A DNA stretch of 64,000 bases from a virus: positions 32,001 through 96,000 of the IMG/VR virus record IMGVR_UViG_3300017987_000006; one strand, written 5' to 3'. Made by a program: the position numbers and the translations under genes. Every line of letters begins with the position of its first letter. Positions within the stretch are counted from its first letter, which is position 1. This document shows, piece after piece, positions 16,955 to 25,469 of this stretch. The notes under the pieces were generated by a model that saw only the letters and a list, made by a program, of their open reading frames with translations, ran no database searches and was not told the origin of the DNA.

Positions 16955-17510
16955 CGTCCTCTTCCTTTTCCATCGGGAGGTACACGTTGCGTCGCTTATC
17001 GCTGTTGTCCTTCTCGGATCGTATGAGCCCGAGCTTTCGTAGTACCCCAATATGTCTGGAGACTGTCTGTGCTGTGGTGAAAACTCCGACCTCGTCCAGC
17101 CCTCGATGAATATCGCGCAACGCTTTTCTACCCTCGCGAATCAGCTCTAGCACCAACAAGACATCTTCTTTTATACGATGGCCGGCCACAACGAACGGCT
17201 GTCTTTGAGCTGTGAATGGGGCGGACTCCATGATGGCATCGGTTAGAACCAAGAACTGTTCTATGTCGTGTAGGCTTTTCGTCTTGATCCAGACGTGGGC
17301 CTGGTCTGTCTTGCCTGGGGTCACGCACAGGTTGAAGCTCTCAGATTGCCGTTTCATAAACTCCTTCACCTGGGCGAATTTGGAGAACCATTCGAACGAA
17401 ACTCCCTTCGGCGCGTTTTCCTTATCCCTCCTCCAAAGCGCGTTGATGTGGTTCCAGTAATTCAGAACCTCGGAGTCGCTAAGGGGCTTGTCAGATCTTC
17501 GCTGAGTCAT
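16932..17510 (-). CDS. protein with C-terminal winged helix-turn-helix (MarR/ArsR-like)
   Basis: TAQTVSRHIGVLRKLGLIRSEKDNSDKRRNVYL. Confidence 0.7.
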   Translation of the reverse strand: MTQRRSDKPLSDSEVLNYWNHINALWRRDKENAPKGVSFEWFSKFAQVKEFMKRQSESFNLCVTPGKTDQAHVWIKTKSLHDIEQFLVLTDAIMESAPFTAQRQPFVVAGHRIKEDVLLVLELIREGRKALRDIHRGLDEVGVFTTAQTVSRHIGVLRKLGLIRSEKDNSDKRRNVYLPMEKEEDDEKDTQE

Positions 17511-18214
17511 AAGACTCCCCTCAGTTCTTGCCAGAACGGCGACTCCTCTACGAGCTGTTGGTACTCAGGCGCTCTGTCCACCGGCTCGAACAGGTTGTCC
17601 TCGCTGATGGCATGGCACATTCCGCGAGGCTCGATGTCCTCGTCATAAAAGATCATGGGTCGATAGTTGGGGAGGCCGGTGGAATTGATCGGCCTGAAGA
17701 TGACAGGCACAACCTTTCCAAGCACGTCCTCCGCAATGTCAAAGTACCCCTCGCGTACGAAGTAGCGCATACCTCTGATCGTCCGAAATGGCAGGACGGA
17801 CCATTCCCGTCCGCTCAATGCTCGTCGCTCTTTTGGCTTCAGCTGAGTCAGCTCGACGTCTTGTTGCAGGCCGTTGCCGGCGAACATGTCGAACCATCCG
17901 CGCTGTGTGATGTGATGAACGATCGATTCCTTGGTCTCGTCCTCGCAGATCTTGTCTGTCTGCTCGAGCAGCCGGAACAGCGCGGGGCAGTTCACGACCT
18001 CGTCAAACTGCATTCCGAAGACCCAGTTCGTGACGAAGATCGACTCTCCGTGCCTTACGGCGAAGAATGGAGCGTCCCCGTGCTGTTCCGCTGCTCTCTC
18101 AAGACGCCTTATCAGCTGAGGCGTCAGCATCGCCAACCCAGCCGTTGTAGGCATCTCGCGTGTTGATCTGCATGGCGGCCATTTCGCAGAGCTGGCGCAG
18201 GGCAGAGTCATCAC
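17507..18214 (-). CDS. hypothetical protein (start uncertain)
   Basis: ~220-aa protein-like ORF. Confidence 0.55.
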   Translation of the reverse strand: MMTLPCASSAKWPPCRSTREMPTTAGLAMLTPQLIRRLERAAEQHGDAPFFAVRHGESIFVTNWVFGMQFDEVVNCPALFRLLEQTDKICEDETKESIVHHITQRGWFDMFAGNGLQQDVELTQLKPKERRALSGREWSVLPFRTIRGMRYFVREGYFDIAEDVLGKVVPVIFRPINSTGLPNYRPMIFYDEDIEPRGMCHAISEDNLFEPVDRAPEYQQLVEESPFWQELRGVL

Positions 18215-18485
18215 AGTGTGCTTGGTACATCATCTCTTCGATCAGCGTCATCCGCTCTTCTCGGTTGAAGTGGACGATGCGCTCGAACTCCGCGGTGGGA
18301 TCGTCCATTGGTTCCCAGTCTGGGTTGGTGGCGATGACGTAGAAATCTGTGCTGTCGGCATCCCAGACGTCGTAGTAGATCGGCTGGTTGTTGGCTGCCC
18401 TCTCTCGTTCTCTGGCCTTCTTCACCGCCTCTTCTGGGGAAGCTGCGACGTGTAATCCTTTGATTCGTGGCTCCACGACAAACAT
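18099..18485 (-). CDS. hypothetical protein, first gene of the leftward block
   Basis: AAGGAGG RBS + ATG. Confidence 0.65.
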   Translation of the reverse strand: MFVVEPRIKGLHVAASPEEAVKKARERERAANNQPIYYDVWDADSTDFYVIATNPDWEPMDDPTAEFERIVHFNREERMTLIEEMMYQAHCDDSALRQLCEMAAMQINTRDAYNGWVGDADASADKAS

Positions 18486-18517
18486 AAGTCCTCCTTCTGG
18501 TTTGTTTGCGCATAACC

Positions 18518-18571
18518 CTTATACCGAAGAATCGGTAGTTCTTGAAATCTAGGAAAAGATGTCGGATAACT
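18518..18571. promoter_or_regulatory. divergent overlapping sigma70-like promoters
   Basis: minus: TTCAAG(18546-41)-17-TATAAG(18523-18); plus: TTGAAA(18542-47)-17-GATAAC. Confidence 0.5.
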
Positions 18572-18589
18572 GGAAGCAGGAGGAAGCCC

Positions 18590-18820
18590 ATGTTGATCCA
18601 GACGATCGAGATCGAGACGAAGGTAGATCGAAGGGAGTTTCTGGAGCTCGCCAAGGAAGATCCGAAGAAGGCCGCTGAGGCTATAGAGCCGGAGATCGAG
18701 AAGTTCAACAAGGAGTGGATGTCGAGTCGTGGCGGACCTTTGTCTACATTCGAACACCAGATCTTACGGGAGTATTTGGCCTGGAAGATGATCGGAAACC
18801 CATCAGGATCAAACGGGTAA
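18590..18820 (+). CDS. hypothetical protein
   Basis: GGAGGAAG RBS, ATG 18590. Confidence 0.65.
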   Translation: MLIQTIEIETKVDRREFLELAKEDPKKAAEAIEPEIEKFNKEWMSSRGGPLSTFEHQILREYLAWKMIGNPSGSNG

Positions 18821-18991
18821 TCGTTTTTGATCTTGACTTTTTGATTGTTTGGATCACTATGTAAGCAGAGCATCATGGCTTTTGGGAAGACACACATTCA
18901 TCGCCACAGTCCCGGATGGGATCCGGTGATGGGTGTGAACAAGAGCTAGGCCCGCCGACATTCGACGGGCCGCAACCGAAGGAGGCCCGTC

Positions 18992-19198
18992 ATGCTGCGT
19001 TGTACAAAGTGTGGAGGGCTGGCGCATCCTGGGCTGGCCCACTTTCATGGCAACCCGAACGCACCACTTTGCAAGTCCTGCACGGACGAGGTGATGAAGA
19101 GGAAGGCACGTGGCCTGGACCATCAGGTCTATCGGATTAGGCGAGCTCGTGAGTTCGCACGCCAACTCTTCAGCGGGGAGATCAAAGACGCCGCTTGA
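18992..19198 (+). CDS. Zn-finger protein
   Basis: AAGGAGG RBS; CTKC...CKSC. Confidence 0.65.
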   Translation: MLRCTKCGGLAHPGLAHFHGNPNAPLCKSCTDEVMKRKARGLDHQVYRIRRAREFARQLFSGEIKDAA

Positions 19199-19223
19199 CG
19201 GGCGTTTTGATCGTGGGTATCTT
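19195..19223 (+). promoter_or_regulatory. sigma70-like promoter upstream of the tRNA locus
   Basis: TTGACG-17-TATCTT. Confidence 0.55.
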
Positions 19224-19411
19224 GTTTCCTAGTTGGGGCGCTGAACGCCCCTAGAGGGAACGTTCTCGCCGATGGGCTCTCTAAATACACCAACGTATAA
19301 GAGATCATGTTCTGGGGAGTACGGTAAAGGGACGGGGCTGGGCGAGCGGCCTGTTATCGGAACCGACCGGAAAGCTGGCCCGTCGGCCGCCCGGGTACAG
19401 GCGGTCATTAT

Positions 19412-19482
19412 CGCGGTGAGGGCAAACGGAAAGCCACTGGTTTCATAATCCAGGGAATCGGGTTCGATTCCCGGCACCGCAA
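19412..19482 (+). tRNA. tRNA-Met(CAT), initiator-like; CCA not encoded
   Basis: manual cloverleaf: C1:A72 mismatch + 6-bp acceptor stem, anticodon loop TTCATAA (CAT 19444-46), T arm TCGGG-TTCGATT-CCCGG, discriminator A. Confidence 0.85.
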
Positions 19483-19570
19483 TAGATGGATCGATGGGGC
19501 GGGGCTTGTTTTTCTTGACGGCCTAAACGGTGGTGTGAGACTTTACACGTTCTACACCTCCTTGCAGCGG

Positions 19571-19602
19571 CCCCGCGTTCTTCTTCGCGGGGTTTTGTTT
19601 TT
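19571..19602 (+). terminator. intrinsic terminator
   Basis: CCCCGCG-ttcttctt-CGCGGGG followed by TTTTGTTTTT. Confidence 0.85.
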
Positions 19603-19769
19603 GATCTAAAAAATTCGAGCGCCCTTCGCGTGCCCCTGGATCGTCTTGGTCGCAGACGGCGACTGCGTCTCTGGACACAGGCACTCACGAGCCCGTACCC
19701 CGGTTTCCCGGGACATGGTTCTTATACTAACAAATGGGCCTGTTTTTCAGGCCCTGCCCGGCGGGACCG

Positions 19770-20132
19770 CTAGACGCGGCGGCGTGGGCTGCTGGCGATC
19801 TCGGCCAGCCTTTTGCGCGCGAGCTTGGCGAGAACCCGCTGCGCATGCTCGGTGGGCTGAAGCCCCGCATCAAGCAGGACTTCAGTGTTTATCGCCCGCA
19901 GAAGGATTTCCTTCTCCGCCCGGGATAGGGCGAACCTTATCCCATCGATTTCCCACAGGGCAGGCTCGCCTCCGATGTCGGAGACGATGGAGACCGTCTC
20001 GCCGTCGATCTCCATCTCGATTCTCTCTTTCGTGAAATGGGCCACTAGTTTCTTTGCGGCCCACAGCTTGGTGGGTCCGCCAACCACTTTCGCGATCAAC
20101 AGACCAGCAAACATTGCCTCTACAACAGGCAT
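19770..20132 (-). CDS. hypothetical protein
   Basis: AGGAGG upstream; 120 aa. Confidence 0.55.
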   Translation of the reverse strand: MPVVEAMFAGLLIAKVVGGPTKLWAAKKLVAHFTKERIEMEIDGETVSIVSDIGGEPALWEIDGIRFALSRAEKEILLRAINTEVLLDAGLQPTEHAQRVLAKLARKRLAEIASSPRRRV

Positions 20133-20226
20133 ATGAACCTCCTTCCTAGTTTTCTTATAACCTCAAATGCTGGTGGAATTGCGGCTCGTTGTGGTAGGCT
20201 CTTGGAATACCAGCGTGGAAGCCTAA

Positions 20227-23200
20227 ATGCCCATCACCAGCGCTCAAGCAGCAGGTTTAATCGGCGGTCAGAACGCCATGTTTGGGAACATGGCGACCTT
20301 CGCGCAGCAAATCAATCCTTTTAATCCACAGCGGGGGATGCCTACATACGTCAACCCGATGGCCGGAACGAACATGGGCCCAATGTCTGCTCCTGGGGCG
20401 GCATCGTTCAATCAGGTGATGGGGGCTATGTCAGGCATCACGAACGCTGCGGTGAGCTACGGCGTTCCGATCATGGCTGGTGCGGGCATGATGATGGGGG
20501 GTCCCCTGGGAGGGATGCTTGATCCATTCACGGGGGCTGGGAGGGCGTTTGGACGTTCGATCGGGTGGCAGCGGGGTGCTGGATTGATGTCCAACTTGGG
20601 AAGAATCCCTGCCGCCGGGCTGGGGGGATTGACGCGGGGGATTGGCGCAGCAGCTATGGGGGCGCTTCCGGCCATGGCTCTGGCGCAGGGGATTCAGTAT
20701 GTGGGCGGGCAAGCCATCAACACGATGCAGTTCCAGAATCAGACTTCCGCTTTTCTGCAGAACGCTTTTCGGTTCAACAATCCCATGAGCAGGACCGGGA
20801 TGGGTTTTTCCCAGACTCAGCAGCAGGGTATTGCCGATATGCTGCGCACGATGGGATCGCGTGACGTGATGACGACGCCCCAGGAGTTGTTGCAGATCAC
20901 CAAGCAGGGAACGCAGATGGGGATGTTCCGCGGCGTTGAGGACGCCCGGGCATTCAAGCGTCGCTTCATCGAGATGAAGAACACGTTGAAGGAGATCGCC
21001 TCGACATTCAACACGACGCTTGGTGAGGCGATGCCATTCCTTAGCGAGGCACGCAGGATGGGTTTTTGGACGGCAAACGACATCACGAAGCACGCCAGGG
21101 ACGTGAGGAGTGTACAGTCTGTGACTGGGATGAGTGCCCAGCAGGTGCAGCAGACGATGGCGATGGGGGCGCAAATGTCCCGCGGCATCGGTGGGACTGG
21201 AGCTCAAGGGGCCAGGATGATGGCTGCGGCCCAGAGGATGACGGGCTCCGCGTTATACGGCGGTGTTATCAACAGCCAACAGTTGGCGGATGCAGGCTTG
21301 GGAACTGGGGAAGAGGGGGCAAGGAATCTTGGACAGCTGCTGGCGGGGGCCTCTGCCCGCTTTGCTCGAAGCAGGGTTGGTCGTTGGGTGTTGGCCGCTT
21401 CTATGAACCGCGAGGGAACTGGTCTTGATCCACGCAGGCTTCAGGAGCTGATGGCTGGTGGCATGTCGGTGAGGGAGATTGGGGGGATGGCGCGGAGAAA
21501 CGTCGCTGGAGGGCGAGCTTATGGATTTGTAGAAAACGAAGAGGATATGAGAGGGGAGTTGGCACAGATGGGTCCGCGCGGGATGATGGGTTTCACTCGC
21601 GGAATCTTGGGTAGGCGGCTTTACGGGGGGACGTCCAGAGATCGACTCATCACACGCAGGATCATCCGCAGATTCATGGGGGGCACGCGCCGCCAGGCCG
21701 ATATGATCGCCAAGATGATGCGGGACATGCCACGCCTCATGGAGATCCAAACCGCGAAGACGGAGACCTCGCTAGACCTACAGCAGCGCCAGCGCGACGA
21801 GGTGATGAACAACGAGTGGGAGCAGATGAAGCGGGGCATCGGGCAGTGGTGGCGTAGAAACATCGATGAGCCCATCGGTGAGGCGACATCGAACGTCAGC
21901 TATTCGATCAGCAAAGCCTTTCAGCGGTTCAACGATAAGCTGTTCGGCACCGGTGGTGGATCTGTACGATTAAGCGATCTTGCTGTACGGGGTCTGGTAC
22001 GGGCGGCCGAAACAGGAAACGTCAAACACCTTGAGGAGGTATTCGGACCAGCAGGGATGATGGAGCGGTTCCAAGCCGGGGAAATGGGAGGAGGCGGTCG
22101 TCGTGGGATATGGGGTGCTTTGTCGGGGGTAGATCAAGGCGCGCTGATGTTCGGTCAGCGGCGCGGTGCCATGCGTTTGGGGATGGGCGGAATGGTGACG
22201 ACGGGTACGGCGGAGGCGTTGGGGTTTGGGACGCCGGAACAAATGCAGGGGGCGATGACTGGTGCTGGGGCCAAGCAGATCCAAAAATTCTTACGTTCTG
22301 CTGAGGCCGTCACTTTGCGTGGTCGCATAGGCGGGACGGGGGAGCTTTCGGAGCAACAAAATCTGCGTTATGCCGGGGATATCCTACGGATGGTGCGCTC
22401 CGGCCGAGCTGGAGAGGCGGCTCGAGGTTTGGTGGAGGGAGGAAGAACGGGTGGTCAAAGACTCGCCAGGCTCATCGCTGCCCAGGGCGGTGCCAGAGGA
22501 GGATTTACTGGAATAGCTCCCGTAGGCGGAAGGGGGGCTGGTGCTGGTGTACAAGCGACGAGGGCACAGATTGAAGAGATGCGCAATGAGGCCATAAAGG
22601 GCCTTCAAGGAGCATTGGCCGGAATTGGGGCTGGGGAGGGTAAGTTGAGCGAGTCTATGGTAACTGCTGCTTTCTCGCCTGGAAAAACGAGGAGAGGTAT
22701 TGAGGAGTTAAGGCAAGATCCGAGAGGACAGCTAGCATTCAATTTACTGGCCAGGGCCAAACAGATCGAAGAAAAAGATCCAGACAAGGCCGCATCGTTG
22801 CGCTCTGAAGCCAGAGATCAAATACGTTTAGTAGCAGAGGACGCGAATGCTCCAAAGGCTTCGAGAGACGTAGCTTTATCTATGCAGGACCCGGCGGACC
22901 CGCGGGCAAAAACAATTAATGAGTGGGGCGCTAAGATTGGCGAGTCCGATATGCTGGGCAACACTCTGTCATATAGGGAGAAGATTAAGGGTAGAAGGGA
23001 GAGGCTCAACAAGGCCTTGGGACCAAAGGGACAAGACCGGCTCAGGCAGATCACCGGAGGATCGGAGACTGAGCTTGGTCGTGTCGTGATGTCCATGACG
23101 GACCCGACACAGGTCGGGTCTGCTCAGAATATATTGGGCGGGACGCGCAAGATGGCCAGGGAGCTATTGAGGGACCCGGAGAAGGCGCGAGAGATCATGG

Positions 23201-23772
23201 GTCTGTTGGAACAGGAAGGAGCTGCGGGGACGGAGTTCGGTGGGTACGTTGAGCAAGCCATCATGATGAGTCAAATGTCGCATAGCCTGGGGTTGAAGAA
23301 GGATATTGGTCCGCGGGCTGGAGTGCGGGCCAGGAAAGCTGCCAGTAAGGGTATTGGGGCCATGCTGAATCGCATTGGACTGCGTGGTAAAGTAGACGCT
23401 GAGGGATTGATCTCCGGCAAGAAGGGTGCACAGGAAAAGCTGGCGGAGATGCTGCGTACTCAGCGCGGTTGGAGTAACGAGGACATCAAGGGCTTTTTGG
23501 AGAGGACCAAGGGCGGGCTGACCGAGGCGGAGTGGGTCAAGCAATCTGAACTTATCATTGCTCGTTCGGGTCCGATGGGATTGAGCCAGACAGTAGCTAA
23601 GGAATCTGGCTTGAAAGAATCTGAGATTGGAAGGATAACCGGGAGGGAGGGGAGCCCACAGTATCGCGGGGTGCAGCTGAAGATAGCAAACGTGCATCTA
23701 GCTAAGTTGAACACGACGATGGAAGCGATAGCCAGGGAGCAAGGCGTGAAAATAAGACGCACCAAGGAGTAG
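20227..23772 (+). CDS. tape measure-like protein
   Basis: 1181 aa, Gly/Ala/Met-rich and helical, first gene of a tail/baseplate block; preceded by extended -10 TGgTAGGCT. Confidence 0.7.
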   Translation: MPITSAQAAGLIGGQNAMFGNMATFAQQINPFNPQRGMPTYVNPMAGTNMGPMSAPGAASFNQVMGAMSGITNAAVSYGVPIMAGAGMMMGGPLGGMLDPFTGAGRAFGRSIGWQRGAGLMSNLGRIPAAGLGGLTRGIGAAAMGALPAMALAQGIQYVGGQAINTMQFQNQTSAFLQNAFRFNNPMSRTGMGFSQTQQQGIADMLRTMGSRDVMTTPQELLQITKQGTQMGMFRGVEDARAFKRRFIEMKNTLKEIASTFNTTLGEAMPFLSEARRMGFWTANDITKHARDVRSVQSVTGMSAQQVQQTMAMGAQMSRGIGGTGAQGARMMAAAQRMTGSALYGGVINSQQLADAGLGTGEEGARNLGQLLAGASARFARSRVGRWVLAASMNREGTGLDPRRLQELMAGGMSVREIGGMARRNVAGGRAYGFVENEEDMRGELAQMGPRGMMGFTRGILGRRLYGGTSRDRLITRRIIRRFMGGTRRQADMIAKMMRDMPRLMEIQTAKTETSLDLQQRQRDEVMNNEWEQMKRGIGQWWRRNIDEPIGEATSNVSYSISKAFQRFNDKLFGTGGGSVRLSDLAVRGLVRAAETGNVKHLEEVFGPAGMMERFQAGEMGGGGRRGIWGALSGVDQGALMFGQRRGAMRLGMGGMVTTGTAEALGFGTPEQMQGAMTGAGAKQIQKFLRSAEAVTLRGRIGGTGELSEQQNLRYAGDILRMVRSGRAGEAARGLVEGGRTGGQRLARLIAAQGGARGGFTGIAPVGGRGAGAGVQATRAQIEEMRNEAIKGLQGALAGIGAGEGKLSESMVTAAFSPGKTRRGIEELRQDPRGQLAFNLLARAKQIEEKDPDKAASLRSEARDQIRLVAEDANAPKASRDVALSMQDPADPRAKTINEWGAKIGESDMLGNTLSYREKIKGRRERLNKALGPKGQDRLRQITGGSETELGRVVMSMTDPTQVGSAQNILGGTRKMARELLRDPEKAREIMGLLEQEGAAGTEFGGYVEQAIMMSQMSHSLGLKKDIGPRAGVRARKAASKGIGAMLNRIGLRGKVDAEGLISGKKGAQEKLAEMLRTQRGWSNEDIKGFLERTKGGLTEAEWVKQSELIIARSGPMGLSQTVAKESGLKESEIGRITGREGSPQYRGVQLKIANVHLAKLNTTMEAIAREQGVKIRRTKE

Positions 23773-23775
23773 CGG

Positions 23776-24021
23776 ATGCCAGTCAAGCCGAGATACGGAA
23801 CGAATCAGATCGCCGTCCGGAACGAGATGTTTTTCCGTATCCCGCTCAAGAACGGGCAGATCAGAACTTTCGTCATGCGGGACGAGCTCGCGGTTGAAGA
23901 TCCATACCTACAGCTTGTGCGCGCGAAGCTCTCTACCATCTTGACCGGTGCGGAGTTCGGGGCCAACTTGACAGATCGATCCATCAAGGATGATCTGATC
24001 AAGGTAAACATCCAAATCTAA
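23776..24021 (+). CDS. hypothetical protein
   Basis: 81-aa ORF in operon. Confidence 0.55.
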   Translation: MPVKPRYGTNQIAVRNEMFFRIPLKNGQIRTFVMRDELAVEDPYLQLVRAKLSTILTGAEFGANLTDRSIKDDLIKVNIQI

Positions 24022-24027
24022 GGAGCG

Positions 24028-25464
24028 TTGATGTCGACCTACGTGGAAATGCGAACCGATTCGTTCTCCAGGAATTTGGAGGACGTGGCCAGCGGGAGGT
24101 ATCTCGACTTCAACAACGTTCGGAGACCGATGCGCGGCATCGAGATCAAAGACGACACCTACGCCATTATCAAAGTGATCAGATCTAACGGTCGGGAGAT
24201 TCCTTTGGTGGATGCGGGGTCTAGGATCAGCGCCCCGACAGCTACAACCGCTGGAGGGGCTGGAGCGGACCCGGTATATGGCAGGGGTCTATTGCATTAT
24301 CCAGATGAGGGCACGACGTTCAACTTCTCCAACTTCATTGCCCAGCGCATCACGGACGCCAGGCAAGAGAAGAGCCAGATCGTAGAGAACTTTGGCGAGC
24401 CGTACATCTTCTTCTACGGTGAGAAGCCCAGGATCTTGAACATCCAGGGGCTGCTGATGAACACCCTGGACTTCAACTGGAAGAACGAGTTTTGGCGCAA
24501 CTACGAGCGATATTTCCGCGGCACGAAACTGGTAGAGCTGGATGCCCGCGTCTACTTCTACTTCGACGATCAGATCGTAGAGGGGTACGTGTTGGAGGCT
24601 CAGGCTGTTCACGAGTCCTCGCTTCCATACCACGTCCCGTTCAACCTTACGATCTTCGTGACGGCCCACACATATCTTGGGACGCTGGATAGCACCGGGA
24701 TGTATCCGGTCTCGGCCAACGTGCAGATCCCCGCGGACAACCTGCGGGACATCCAGAACGTTAACGAGACCATCAGACAGCTCCGCCAACGCGCCGACGA
24801 TCTCCGGCCAGACGAGCTCGTTAGCACGGTGGTAGACGTCCGCATCGCGGCTTTTAACGCCGCCAACGGTATTGTGGGGAAGGACGCCATCGTGGGGGCG
24901 ATCATTAGAGGATTGTCAGACTTCGATGCGAAGGTCGAAGCGTTTTACTCCAACGTGAAGACCTACTTCTACGGGAGGCGAACAGTAGTTCCGGCAGGTA
25001 TAGCCGGGGCCGAGGAGTACGTGGGACCGGAGGTCCATGCAGGAAATGCCATCGCCATCGGAGAGCCCCCCAATCGGACGCTTCCGATCAGGTCCGCTAT
25101 AGCGGACAACTATGATGAGTACATCGGCGGCGGCGGACCCCCCCTGCCACAAAACGCGATGGAAGAACTGGCCAAGGCGGCAGAAGTCTCGCCGGAGTTC
25201 TACGAGAGTATGCTGCTGGTTGAGCTCGCATCCTACGGTGTCGACATTACGGACCCGACTCCCCTGAACAATTGGCGAAGCACCCTGACTCACTCATTGA
25301 CGAAGACGGCGGACAGTCTGGATTATATCGCCGGGACGGCTCGAGGTCTTGGGAACCTGAAGACCAAGGGCGAGCAGATGTACCAGACACTGAAGGGCGT
25401 TGGCAGGATGACGGTCGAGACGCTCGGATATCTTAAGTCCAACGTCCCTGTTCCGATACCGTGA
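24028..25464 (+). CDS. putative tail/baseplate protein (tube initiator-like position)
   Basis: 478 aa directly after tape measure; beta-rich N-terminal half. Confidence 0.5.
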   Translation: MMSTYVEMRTDSFSRNLEDVASGRYLDFNNVRRPMRGIEIKDDTYAIIKVIRSNGREIPLVDAGSRISAPTATTAGGAGADPVYGRGLLHYPDEGTTFNFSNFIAQRITDARQEKSQIVENFGEPYIFFYGEKPRILNIQGLLMNTLDFNWKNEFWRNYERYFRGTKLVELDARVYFYFDDQIVEGYVLEAQAVHESSLPYHVPFNLTIFVTAHTYLGTLDSTGMYPVSANVQIPADNLRDIQNVNETIRQLRQRADDLRPDELVSTVVDVRIAAFNAANGIVGKDAIVGAIIRGLSDFDAKVEAFYSNVKTYFYGRRTVVPAGIAGAEEYVGPEVHAGNAIAIGEPPNRTLPIRSAIADNYDEYIGGGGPPLPQNAMEELAKAAEVSPEFYESMLLVELASYGVDITDPTPLNNWRSTLTHSLTKTADSLDYIAGTARGLGNLKTKGEQMYQTLKGVGRMTVETLGYLKSNVPVPIP

Positions 25465-25469
25465 TCTGA

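Noticed and set aside
18857-19165. 102-aa plus-strand ORF
   Set aside because: It overlaps the better-supported Zn-finger gene 18992-19198 and lacks an RBS.
19224-19261. Single CRISPR-repeat-like hairpin (GTTTCC...GGGAAC)
   Set aside because: Only one copy was seen in the window. Treated as part of the structured leader.
19321-19410. Second pentamer array (contains GGCCC GTC)
   Set aside because: The phase does not hold beyond one or two modules.
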